Of a DNA stretch of 64,000 nucleotides, positions 1 through 17,321 are shown in pieces; positions within the stretch are counted from its first letter, which is position 1, and every line of letters starts with the position of its first letter. The translations under genes were made by a program, and so were the position numbers. The stretch comes from Eledone cirrhosa. Its lineage: Eukaryota. The stretch lies in NCBI GenBank assembly GCA_964016885.1, contig OZ024760.1:33852001-33916000 (forward strand). The letters are read 5' to 3'. A model generated the notes under the pieces. It worked only from the letters and a program-made list of their open reading frames with translations. It searched no databases and was not told the DNA's origin.

Positions 1-391
1 ATCTTTCACAAGAGTACATCTGTAGAATACATTTAAGGTATAAATTTCATATGTATATATAAACACTTTGATATATACATACACACACACATATATATAT
101 ACATATATATATATACATCAAGCATTTGAAAAATATATACACAATATATTCAATATGAATTATATGCATAATGAAATAAATATGGTTTTATAAATATAGT
201 TTCCATTTGTTAATATATTGTATATTTACTCCAATAATTTGTTGAGTGCTTTATATCAGTTATAAAAATATTTTGCTTGTTGTATCGCAACAAATTAAAT
301 ATAACCTCTACACACATATATATATATGAAAATATTCAAGACTCCGACGGCAGAGCTCAAGCCGTTTCGACGGCTATTTCTGGACTTTTTT

Positions 392-439
392 AGTTTCAGA
401 AGATCTCTTTAAGGGTGAAAGCAGTGATTCTTTGAAACT
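392..439 (+). ncRNA. degenerate HHR (CAGAAGA family, cleavage site deleted)
   Basis: agttt-CAGAAGA-tctctttaagggt-GAAA-gcagtgattctttg-aaact, homologous to 13235-13285. Confidence 0.5.
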
Positions 440-477
440 TTAATCTGTTATTTTAATAATTAATATATATATAGGTA

Positions 478-546
<69 letters not shown>

Positions 547-860
547 ATATATATATATATATACTAGCAGTTTAGCCCGGCGTTGCTCGGGTTTGTTCAT
601 TTGCTATGAAAAGTTACATACAGCTAAACGTGGTTTGAAAGCGAATAAGCTTATCAATTAAGTGCATAAAGCAGTTGAACCGGTTATTAAAAGTTACGAA
701 CCAATTAGCATTTTGGTCAATCAATGATGGGTTAATAATCCTCCAATAGCGAATTTAGTAGACCAAAGTTGCAAGATGGTGGCCCTGATGCCGCTGGGTG
801 TCAGATCTGTCCGCCATGGGATACCCTACCAGGAAATAGTGTTCCAGACGGCACCAACAT

Positions 861-2125
861 CTATAGCACCTCTTTGTAGACGATATTGCGTGTCATCCCT
901 TGAGGAGAGTAAGCAAAAAGTCCATTCCTGCTCCCTGCACGGGAACAGGCAACATAAAGCTGGCCATGGGAGAAGCATAGCTCCTCCAAATGGATGCCGG
1001 CCACCGACAATGTTTGCCCTTGTGACTTGTTAATTGACATGGCAAAACATGGTCTCACCGGGAATTGGGATCGTCGGAAATCGAACGGGATATCTGACGC
1101 CGAGGGGAAAAGGTTCATCCTTGGAATGAAAACATTCTCCCCTCTTCCGCACCCCGTTACAATGGTGGCCTCAATCAAGTGGGTGTCAGTGACTTGACGA
1201 CCATGCGAGTACCGTTGCACTGCTTTGGTGGACGCAAGTTCCTTATTAGCATAATGGGACAGCCAACCCTAAGCTTAATAATGTGAGGTGGGAGCCCTGG
1301 GGGCTCAAGGAGATTTAATAACTCAACCGGATAATTAACGATATCGTTGGGGTCTGATTTGAAGATGTGCTCTTTACCGGGAATCTTCTCAATCAGCTGC
1401 TCGTTAATAAAATTAACCATGGTATTTTTCGGAGCAAGGATGGCTCTTTCGCTGAGCCAATCGAGGTTTTTAAAGTTAGATGAGACATTAGGAAAAACTG
1501 CTTCCCAAAGGTCAGAAGGGCTGCTCACAATGTTGCACAGGGTGTCGATTGCTATGCCGCCCTTGTCATCGGCAGGGATCTTGCCCTCACCAAGTGCTAA
1601 AATGTTCTGTGCTGCAGACATGTTGTCACTATGCAAATGAGCACGCATATTTGTGCTCAGGTACAAACTATTCACCTGGAGCCACAACATGGACGACTTA
1701 AGACAGGCATGCACTTCATCAGCTCTTGTCCATTTGGGGATGACAGGCAGCGTTTTCCGAAAATCCCCTGATAGCAGAAGGGTTACGCCACCCATAGGAG
1801 CCGTAGAATCCCTAATGTCTTTCCGGGCCCTGTCCAATGCCTCAAGGGCACCCTTGTATGCCATTCTGCACTCATCCCAAACAATGAGGCAACATCTTTT
1901 GAGAACCAGAGCTTTGTGTGAACTCTTGCTGATATTGCATGTTGGTGTCTCAGTTTTTACTAAATCCAAAGGGAGTTTAAAGGTTGAATGTGCTGTCCTG
2001 CCTCTCGGCAGCAAAGTAGCAGCGATCCCGGACGATGCAACGGACAACGCAACTTTTTTCTCCTGACGAATCTTAGCGAGAATCAAATTCGTTACAAAAG
2101 TTTTTCCGGTAACCCCAGGAGCGTT
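861..2125 (-). pseudogene. Helitron Pif1-family helicase (frameshifted near 1200)
   Basis: Motifs APGVTGKTF (Walker A), ASSGIAATLL, IVWDEC, LLSGDFRKTLPV, CNGTR and FAMSINKSQGQT...HGQLYVACSR. Confidence 0.93.
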
Positions 2126-2159
2126 TTTTATTGGGGGGATCCGGGGTTTTTTTTTTTTA

Positions 2160-2885
2160 CCTTGAGGTATAACCAGTCAGTAGTTCCTTCAAAGGCTCTG
2201 GCGGTTCAGGAAGAGGGGGCAAGGTGACGTTACCGTTTAAGCAGCACATTGCAGGTGGCTCCCCAGCCCACTTTGTAGCATTGCAGAATTGGCAATTGAA
2301 GCGCATCTCGCCTATATTTATGTCAGAGCGCATCGATTAATTAACCTTTTGCTCATACTTGAAAGCCCGTAGGTGCCAGTAAGGGCTGTTGGGGCTCGTC
2401 ACACCGCGTGCAGCTTCTCGCCGTCGACTGTTACGCTTGAACGTAGAACATTGGTCGTGTGGTTGGTGGGAAGGTCTAGCAGCAATAGCAGAAGCAACAT
2501 TTGCAATGCTAATGGACCGCCCGTCTGCATCTTCAGAAGCCATGGAAGTAGTCAAAGCCGCAGCGTCCGTAGGAAGGCGAGCCGTCCGTTGTTTTAAACG
2601 TTCCAAAGACCTGGAAGCAGCATTAGTCGCAGCGTTTCTAGCCAGGCGCTTCGACCTTTGTTCACGGCTCTCTGAAGCCCTGGAAGAAGCCTGGTATGAA
2701 GCCATTTTGGCTAGGCGTGCGGTGCGCTGTTGGAAGCTTTCAGCGGCTCGACATTCTGCTGAACGTAAGGCTGTCTGTGAAAGTCTTGAAGCATTTTCCT
2801 CAGAGGACTCGTTTGCTATAGTAGCCTTTTGCGCCACTGCTGACGCGGTATGTCGACTGAGGCGACTTCTCTTTTTAGGTGGCAT
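2160..2885 (-). pseudogene. Helitron RepHel N-terminus and zinc finger
   Basis: MPPKKR start with RTARLA-type repeats. After a frameshift it reads IGEMRFNCQFCNATKWAGEPPAMCCLNGNVTLPPLPEPP. Confidence 0.8.
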
Positions 2886-3347
2886 TTTATGTCCAAAAGA
2901 AAGGGTGAAAGTTACTTCTACAGAAAAATTGACTTTGAAAGTCTACTGTCTGTTTATGAATATTGTTATTGTTGTTGTGATACAAATGTTAGTAAGTAAA
3001 TGGGTATCGAAAAATAAAGGGTGAAAGTTACTTCAACATAAAAATTGACTTTGAAAGTATAATTGAATGTAAAAAGTATAATTGAATGTAAAAAGATTGA
3101 TAAGAAAGCCCCCCCCCCAAAAAAAAAAATCTACAGGTATTTGTATGTATGTGTGTATTTTTATGTCGAAAAGAAAGGGTTAAAGTTACTTCTACAGAAA
3201 AATATAGTTTGAAAGTGTAAGGCCGATGTGTGTGTAAATTAAGTGACAGGTATTTGTATGTATGTGTGTATATGTATGTATGTGTGTATGAAAGTGTAAG
3301 GCCGATGTGTGTGTAAATTAAGTGACAGGTATTTGTATGTATGTGTG

Positions 3348-3379
<32 letters not shown>

Positions 3380-4169
3380 TGTATGTATGTATGTATGTAT
3401 GTATGTATGTATTAAAGGTTGAAAGTTACTTCAACATAAAAATTGACTTTGAAAGTATAAGACTGATAATTGAATGTAAAAAGATTGATAAGAAAGGACC
3501 CCCAAAAAATGTACAGGTATTTGTATGTATGTGTGTATTTTTATGTCGAAAATAAAGGGTTAAAGTTACTTATACAGAAAAATTTAGTTTGAAAGTGTAA
3601 GGCCGATCTCTTTATCATTATATGCTATTGTTATTTCTAAAACAAACTGTGTATGCGTTGATTGAAATTCCCGCGTTCCTGTTTCTATGACGTCAATCGT
3701 AACCATACCAACATATATGTGTGTGTATGCACCCACATATATGTGTGTATATGTTTTTTTTTCAATGTTTCTCTTTTTCACAAACACTTATAAGAGAAGG
3801 TAGCAATTTTAAGGGGAGGTGATGAATCGGAGTAGATATAGGAAACATATATCATATGAGAGAGGAGAAATCATCGATTGTTGAAATAAATCGATTTTTC
3901 CGTAATTGTGGCATTTTTTAGCCAATAAGATCGCCCATGACCCAAGTTAGAATATTTGTAAAAATTCTGCTTAATTATTCATTCAATATTTTTGGAATTG
4001 TGTAAATGTATAAAATTGAAACATACATACAGACACAAAAATCTGCCTTTTATAGATAATGATGATATATATATATAAGTAGAAGAGATATTTAATTTGT
4101 TGGAAATCCAACAAATATAAATGTTTATAACTGATTCAGAGCACTCGACAGTTTTCTGGAGTAAATATT

Positions 4170-4323
4170 CAATGATATTAAATAAATGGAAACTATATTT
4201 ATAAAACCATATTTATTCTATTATATATATTTCAAGGGTACCAAAATGTTGGTACCCTTGAAATATATATAATAGAATAAATATGGTTTTATAAATATAG
4301 TTTCCATTTATTTAATATCATTG
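4170..4323. repeat. perfect fold-back palindrome (~75-bp arms, 4-nt loop) in a PLE pLTR remnant
   Basis: ...ttcaagggtaccaa AATG ttggtacccttgaa...; the arm is homologous to 160-290. Confidence 0.9.
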
Positions 4324-4328
4324 TGTAT

Positions 4329-4435
<107 letters not shown>

Positions 4436-4497
4436 TGTGCATGTGTATATATATGTATATATATGTATATATATATATGTGTGTATATATGTGTGTA

Positions 4498-4567
<70 letters not shown>

Positions 4568-4578
4568 TATATATATAC

Positions 4579-6209
<1,631 letters not shown>

Positions 6210-6734
6210 TGTGTGAAATCCTTTTCTCGCTCACATCTCACCCATGTCGTATGGTCTGTATCTCTTGTCCATGAATTCACCAAGCTTAAGCTTATAGATA
6301 TCATGTACTTGTCTCTTCCTATCGTTCCGTTGCAATACCATCTTTGTTTGTTTACATGTCTCGCTCGCTTCACGCTATTTTACTTGTCCCAATAACTTTA
6401 TTTAGTTATTGCTCGCACCAACCAGAGGTATATGACTTTTAAAGCGATGAAATACCAATGAAGGTTGGAAGATCACTGATGAAGGACTAATTTTATTCAT
6501 ATGTAACCCATGTGCAACCACGCAGCACTCCATTTTTCTTATATATATATATATATATAATAACTAGAAATTGATTAACATATATATAAACATAAATAAT
6601 CACAGGAGATGATTTTTACAAGTGTGTAACCACACATAGCTAGGTAGGTAACTAAATAAAGTTAATTAGAACTTCATGCCTTTCCGACATAATTTTGATT
6701 TAGATTAAATTCATTTAATTTATCTTAATTTTGG

Positions 6735-6770
<36 letters not shown>

Positions 6771-6799
6771 ATGTATATATATATATATGTATATGTATA

Positions 6800-6898
<99 letters not shown>

Positions 6899-6984
6899 AT
6901 ATATATATATGTATGTATATGTGTGTGTATATATGTATATATATATATGTATGTGTGTGTGTGTGTGTATGTGAATGTATCTGT

Positions 6985-7550
6985 TGACACCTGTAATATA
7001 GCTTAAGAGAAATATAACAATAATGGTATGATAGGCACCCAATATTTTGAACTGGTTTATAGAATTCTCTTGGCCTTTGTCACTCTAAGTAGAGCTTTAA
7101 AGAATTAGCTTTTAAAGAATTTCCCTTTTCTTTAAATCCATCAACCATGACCAACCCCCAACCATCTTATAGACACCTGAAATATAGGCATTGTTAGCTT
7201 AAGAGAAACTTAAAAATAAGGAGTGGCACCCCATTCTGAACTTGTTTATAGAATTCTTTCTACCTTTGTCTCTCTAAATATAAATTATAGCTTTAAAGAA
7301 TTAGCTTTTAAATGAATTCCCTTTTCTTTCAACCAATGACCTCCACCCAGCCCACTCCCCACCCTCTCCTACCACATGAAAAGATTTAAATACCACAACA
7401 TTTATTTTTGGAAAGCCAGATTCCTGATGATTTCTAAAGAATGAAACAATTCTTGTCCTGTAGAATCTCTTCTATATTAAAACTTTTATACTTTGCTATG
7501 TATTGAGTACCTTACTTACTGTGGTTACCTCCGATTCAACCCGGAATAAC
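6985..7550 (+). mobile_element. solo PLE pLTR with ~190-bp internal tandem duplication and HHR
   Basis: 6985-7160 resembles 7170-7340. The 3' part is homologous (inverted) to 30995-31120 and 48830-48960. Confidence 0.65.
7418..7468 (+). ncRNA. type I hammerhead ribozyme
   Basis: agattc-CTGATGA-t ttc taaa gaa t-GAAA-ca...tGTA-gaatct, with a perfect 6-bp stem I. Confidence 0.75.
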
Positions 7551-7566
7551 GTATATATATATATAA

Positions 7567-7676
<110 letters not shown>

Positions 7677-7688
7677 GTGAGTGTGTGT

Positions 7689-7890
<202 letters not shown>

Positions 7891-7969
7891 GTGTGTGCGT
7901 GTGCGTGTGTGTGCGCGTGTGTGTGTGTGTTAGGTATCTCCGAAGAAAAAGCAAAGGAAAAAGTAACCT

Positions 7970-8037
7970 CTCTATCCGATGAACGACCTAGACTTATTTT
8001 AATATTGTCTAAGGTCCTGAAACCTTTGGTAATGGAG
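7970..8037 (+). ncRNA. type I hammerhead ribozyme (CCGATGA core)
   Basis: ctctat-CCGATGA-ac gacctagac...gtctaaggtc ct-GAAA-cc ttt gGTA-atggag. Confidence 0.7.
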
Positions 8038-8068
8038 TAATTATATATTGAGTTGTTCACTTTCTAAT

Positions 8069-8146
<78 letters not shown>

Positions 8147-8154
8147 AATATATT

Positions 8155-8188
<34 letters not shown>

Positions 8189-8196
8189 AATATATT

Positions 8197-8236
<40 letters not shown>

Positions 8237-8289
8237 TAAATATATATAAATATATATTTAATTAGAAAGTGAACAACACAATATATATA

Positions 8290-11520
<3,231 letters not shown>

Positions 11521-11543
11521 TATTTATTAAAATAATAGATTAA

Positions 11544-11594
11544 AGTTTAAGCAAAGAATCGCTGCTTTCACCCTTAACGGGATCTTCTGAAACT
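11544..11594 (-). ncRNA. HHR variant (CAGAAGA core)
   Basis: Mirror copy of 13235-13285. Confidence 0.6.
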
Positions 11595-11730
11595 AACAAA
11601 GTCAATCTGTGAATATTTCAAAAAACGTTGCAACCGGAGGAAGACAGGAAGACGATACTTTGGTTCGTGGAAACGTTCCCTGGCAAAGAACGGGAAAAAC
11701 GAATATAATACGTCATTATATGGAGCGGTG

Positions 11731-11920
11731 GATTGGGGGGGTGGATTGGCAGTATCGGTAGAGGGTCGGACTCCATGCTTTCCAGCATAGTTACGTCCCT
11801 TTACGATCTAAGTTCAAATCCCGCCGAGGTTGACTTTGCCTTTCATCCTTACGGGGTCGATAAAATAAAGTACCAGTAATGCACTGGGTATTTGCTGGCC
11901 TTGTGCCTAAAGTAGAAACA
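11731..11920 (+). mobile_element. tRNA-derived SINE (central GCCTTTCATCCTT.CGGGGTCGATAAA domain) with 16-bp TSD
   Basis: A box TGGCAGTATCGG, B box GTTCAAATCC. TSD ATTATATGGAGCGGTG at 11715-11730 and 11921-11936. The empty site is present in the right arm near 13090. Confidence 0.92.
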
Positions 11921-12374
11921 ATTATATGGAGCGGTGAAAAACAATTACACGCAAAGACAAAACCACGTTTATGGTATAAAAGAAGTCGTAGACTAATATT
12001 CTATTAGGTGGTTCATAGAGACGTTCTCTGGCAATGAACGGAAAAAACGAAGATGATACGTCATATGTGGAGCGGGGAGAACAATTGCACGCAAAGACAA
12101 AACCACGTAAATTGTATAACTGAAGTCGTCGACTAAAATTCTAACTAGAAAACCGAATGATTCTCGGCTTCAGAGTTAAGAATAAAGTAAATAAAATAAA
12201 TAAAATTCAATAAATCATACACAAGCATACGCGAAAACACTCGCCATAGGTATACAAATACACGCACATACACACACAAGAAAAAAAAACGCACGCACAT
12301 ACAGAACCCACGCAACGCCTGTACCCGCCGGCATACGAATGTATACACCAAATACACATAAACATATATATATA

Positions 12375-12465
<91 letters not shown>

Positions 12466-13234
12466 CGTGTATACATATAATCAAATAAACGTATATAAAT
12501 AAATAAATACGTATATAACAAGCGCTGCGCTTGTTATATACGTATTTATATACGTTTATTTGATTATATGTATACACGCACACACACACACACACATATA
12601 TATTTTTTTATATATATTTTTATATGTATTTGGTGTATACATTCGTATGCGGGCGGGTACAGGCGTTGCGTGGGTTCTGTATGTGCGTGCGTTTTTTTTT
12701 TCGTTTTTTTTTGTATACGTGCGTGTATTTGTATACCTATGGCGAGTGTTTTCGCGTATGCTTGTGTATGTACGTATATGGATGCGTGTATGTATTTATT
12801 TAATTTCATTTACCTCTGTATTTTATTTATTTTATTTACTTTATTCTTAACACTGAAGCCGAGAATCGTTCGGTTTCCTAGTTAGAATTTTAGTCTACGA
12901 CTTCAGTTATACAATTTACGTGGTTTTGTCTTTGCGTGCAATTGTTCTCCCCGCTCCACATATGACGTATTATCTTCGTTTTTTTTCCGTTCATTGCCAG
13001 AGAACGTCTCTATGAACCACCTAATAGAATATTAGTCTACGACTTCTTTTATTCCATAAACGTGATTTTGTCTTTGCGTGTTTTTCACCGCTCCAAATAA
13101 TGACGTGTTCTCTTCGTTTTTTCTCGTTCTTTGCCAGGGAATGTTTCCACGAATCAAAGTATCGTCTTCCTGTCTTCCTCCGGTTGCAACGTTTTTTGAA
13201 ATATTCACTTCTGCGTTCACAGATTGACTTTGTT

Positions 13235-13285
13235 AGTTTCAGAAGATCCCGTTAAGGGTGAAAGCAGCGATTCTTTGCTTAAACT
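13235..13285 (+). ncRNA. HHR variant (CAGAAGA core)
   Basis: agttt-CAGAAGA-t ccc gttaa ggg t-GAAA-gca...tgcTT-aaact; all three stems can form. Confidence 0.62.
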
Positions 13286-13437
13286 TTAATCTGTTATTTT
13301 AATAAATATATATATAATGTAGAAGTTTTATTGTAGCACAATAAAGCAATGCAAATATCGGATAAGTAGCACTCTACAGTTTGTAGGATTGGAGTATGAA
13401 TATTATAAGATCAAAAGATGGTTAAAAGAGTTCCAAG

Positions 13438-13508
13438 TATTTTATTATGCGCATTTCAAAAACAAATATCATCATGGGATGATATCTGCGTTCTCATCAA
13501 ATAAAATA
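13438..13508 (-). ncRNA. HHR copy in 3' pLTR with C3U core mutation
   Basis: Same as 17251-17321 but the core reads TTGATGA. Confidence 0.7.
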
Positions 13509-14675
13509 GGGATACATGATATGAAGCTTAAAAAACACTTGTGAATAGTGAAGTTTTAAATCAACATATGAAAAATAATTTAAGATTGATGTATAAGATT
13601 AGGGAAAAGTGAGGGGCGGGGTGGAAAAGGTAAGGAAGAGGAGGAGATGAGAGTAAAGAATGGTGGGGGAGGAGTATAAGAAGGAAGGATGAGAGAGGAG
13701 GAGAGATGGGTGATAGAGAGAGAGAGATAGCCTTTACAACTGAGAAAAAATATAAATTGTCTCACAGAGAGAAGTTAAAAAGCCGTTGGAAGATAATAGA
13801 TAATTTAAAAGAATTTGAAATTAAAAGTTAATGAGGTTTATGCATGAAGAGAAAAAGGAATTAAGAATAATATTAAATTAAGGTTTGTATATTGAAGGGT
13901 TTAATAATATGTGCGAGGAAAAGAAATTATTAATATGTATTATTAAAATAAAAATATTAATGTTATTAAGGATATAATGTGAAAAGAAGGAGAAGAATAA
14001 ATGAGTTATGAATTTAGAGGAATTAGTTAGGGTTTAAATTTGTTTTATGTAATGTAATATGTGTGCGTAATATGTGTACGTAAATAGTTTGTTTAAAAAT
14101 GAGCGCTGAAGGCAAAGCAGAAAAGAATGTTTAAGGAAGAAAATATCTAACATCAAAAAATATATATGTGTACGAAATATTTTCTAATGGTAATAATATA
14201 ATATATTAAAAGAAATTAGTTAGAGTTTAAGTTTGTTTTTATGTATTGTAATATGTAAAAGTCAAACGAGCATGAAAGGATTAGATAAGAGAAATTTAAG
14301 GAAGAAAAATCTAACGTAAAAAAAAATGTTTATGTTTACGAAGGACTATTAAAGGTAATACTATAATGTATTAAAAAAATAATAATAATTTGTATGGCCA
14401 ATGATATGAGGAAAGATGGAAGAATGGATAATGTTGTGGTGAGTAATAATAAGAATTGAGAAGTAGTTAGGAAGAAAAAGTACAGATTAGAGGTTAGAAA
14501 TTAAAAAGAAAAGAGGAAGAAAGGAAAGTGATAAAGAGGAATGATATAGAATGAGTAACTTGTATTATATGATATATAATAAATAATATTGAAATAAGGT
14601 AGAAAGATGGGTATATTTTTAAAAGATATATAAGCCTTTGAGAAAGAGGATTTTAAACTAGTAAGGTATTAGATA

Positions 14676-17046
14676 TTAGCTGTATACTTTATGGAATGTT
14701 CTGTGGAATTTATGCAAGCAGAGAGAAAATAAATCCGTGCGTCTATTTATTATAGAATTGAAATTAGATATAATGGTAAATTTCTCAGCTAGGCAAAGAT
14801 TACATGTTCTGGATAGGGAGGCATTCAAGTAGGGAGAGGCAGAACAAACTTTTCTCCAAGAGATGTTATAGTTAATATTTTTGTCTTTCAAGGACCATAT
14901 GAGTTTTGAGAGTGCCGTGTTAGTTCTTTTAAGTTGGTATTTAAAAGACGAATTGTGATTATAAAATCTAGCTTTGAAGGAGGTAGAAGTGGAACCGAAA
15001 TAGGTAAAGGAATTCATAGACTAAGTTTTTATACAAAGACAATGGTTATTGAGAGGACATTTAGTTCTAACAGGGCAATTACAATTACGATTAGAGAAAT
15101 TAAAAGAGTTATTAACAAGTGACCTAGTATTGGATTGGAGAAGTTATTTACGATAGGAATAATAGTTTCCTGATTTAGATTGGTATTATGAACATTCAAC
15201 GAAGTTACGTTTGACGTCGTATTTGAGTTTACAGAATCTAGCCTAGAGTTAAGAATGACGTCGGGAGTACTACTGCTATTATTATGACGCTCTGTGTTGG
15301 AAGGATGTGATTTAATATTTAATATTTTATTGTTGTGTTTAGAGATAATGTTAGAGATCTTGGAAGAGGTGGAATAGGAAAATGTTATTGTATGTTTGTT
15401 AAAGATTTTACTATAGATATGTGAGGGAGGGAAATATTTATCTAAGGCCCTAAAGAATAATTTAGCAATATTATTATTAATAGAAATAGAGAAAGGAGCA
15501 TTATACCAGATTATATTTTTGTATCTAGGTCTTTTATTCAAGTTATTGGAATGATCATAATTAATTATTTTACTGTAAGACCTTCTAGGATTGGTTTCTT
15601 TACTGTATTTAATTTTATCAGGATAACCGGCTTTAGAAAGCGCATTATTATAGTAATTGACGTTAGCATCGAAGATATTTTTATTAGAGGATAGGTTTGA
15701 TATTCTTTTTCCAATATTACTGACTATAGCATTTTTAATGTTAGTGGGGTGGTTAGATTTAAAATTAACATAATTTAGATTCTCATTGTTTTTGTGGTAA
15801 GGGTAATATAGGCCAGTCTCAAGATTAAGGGATATATCCAAGAAGTTAGCTAGTTTGACGTTGTTATCAAATTCAATTTTAAGGTTATGTTGCTTAAAGA
15901 TATCACGTATATTGTTCTTAATAATATTAAGGTTAACTAAGTTACAATTTAAGATAGTAAAATGTCCATCGTCACGATAAATTCCACCGTGAAGTTGATG
16001 AATTTTCCGATTTAAAGAATTCAAAATAAAAATACCAATCAAATCAGTCAATTGCGATGAATCGGAAGCACCCATTGTGATATCAAAGTTGTTGGAAGTA
16101 TCGGCTCTAGTCCAGTATTCATTGTTGAATTCTAAGATGGTTTTTCTTGTGGTGAGAATGATATGAAGTTCATCTGTGGTGATGTCAGAATATTTAAATT
16201 CGAAAGATAGAGCATTGTTCAGGAGTGAAGGCGAAATAGAAGAATAGTAGCTGGCAATATCAAATTGAATAAATTTTTGTTTGTTTTTCTTATTCAGATT
16301 GTTGAACCAGCCAATTACTTCAGATGTACCAAACCATAAATTTAAGTTAGAAATAGAACAATTAGAACGAACCTGTGGGATAATTCTATCCAAGATGGCT
16401 TCACTAACAACCCCCAGGTCTGATTTAGAGGAGGCGATTAGTCTAACAGGTAGTTCCGTTCGAAAATTACTTTTATGATCCTTGAGATTTATCCTCGGAG
16501 TTCTTGGGAGGAATGGTTCGGTCTTTTTTTCAATGCCAAGTTTTGACATAATCTCAGAAGCTTCAAAGATTATAGATTCCAAATTGTCATGGTTAGTTTT
16601 ACGATAGTTCTTCCTTAGTTCCTTAAGGATAAGGTTATTATAGTTATCCCTAGATATACCATATAAATTATTAGTTTTGTCGGAGTGGACTAAGACATTT
16701 TTAGAGGAATTAAGGTTTAAAATCGTATTCCTGAGATTTACAAGGTGCTCTTGTCCTCTGTAAGGGTTTCTCTTGAATTTAAGATTTCTTGTAATATTAG
16801 TTAATTCTTCCTCGAAATGCATTAGATTTTTGTTGGAAGGAGGATTTCTTCTAGAGTTAAATAAATGATCAAGAAAGTTATGTTCCTTAGTATAGAAATT
16901 TCCTTTTTGGCGCTGGTCATGGAAAAAAGCTATCCATCTAAGCCTTCTCATAAAGGAGTCAGGTTTTCAATCAAAAGTTTGGTGAATTCAGATTTACCAG
17001 GTATAGGAATGTCTTTAGTTGAAGCGGTTATGTTGTAATAATCCAT
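14676..17046 (-). pseudogene. PLE reverse transcriptase-GIY-YIG endonuclease (frameshifts near 16965, 15120 and 15025)
   Basis: MDYYNITASTKDIPIP, RRLRW, QFDIASYY, YRDD, WYNAPFS, CNCPVRTKCPL, YFGST..FKARFYNH and CNLCLAEK motifs. Confidence 0.9.
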
Positions 17047-17250
17047 GTTGTAGAAGAAAAATTAAAGAGTATCAAAAGGTATCCGATATGAGGGTTAGCG
17101 CTCAAACAGTTAAGGAGTTAGTTAATGTAGGAGGTGAGTTTTATTGTAGCACAATAAAGCAATGCAAATATCGGATAAGTAGCACTCTACAGTTTGTAGG
17201 ACTGGAGTATAAATAATATAAGATCAAAAGATGGTTAAAAGAGTTCCAAG

Positions 17251-17321
17251 TATTTTATTATGCGCATTTCAAAAACGAATATCATCATGGGATGATATCT
17301 GCGTTCTCATCAGATAAAATA
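17251..17321 (-). ncRNA. type I hammerhead ribozyme in 5' pLTR
   Basis: tattttat-CTGATGA-long stem II (atatcatc/gatgatat)-GAAA-tgcgca-TA-ataaaata, with palindromic stem III ATGCGCAT. Confidence 0.85.

Larger units (their letters stand above)
564..4065 (-). mobile_element. Helitron, internally deleted (Rep/HUH domain missing)
   Basis: The minus-strand 3' end has hairpin CCCGAGCAACGCCGGG (576-591) then CTAG|T (564-567). The 5' end reads TC...TCTATAAAAGGCAG (start at 4056 or 4065). It encodes a Helitron N-terminus, a Zn finger and a Pif1 helicase. Confidence 0.9.

Noticed and set aside
11731-11830. tRNA gene
   Set aside because: The A/B boxes belong to a SINE head, with no cloverleaf and with TSD and tail present.
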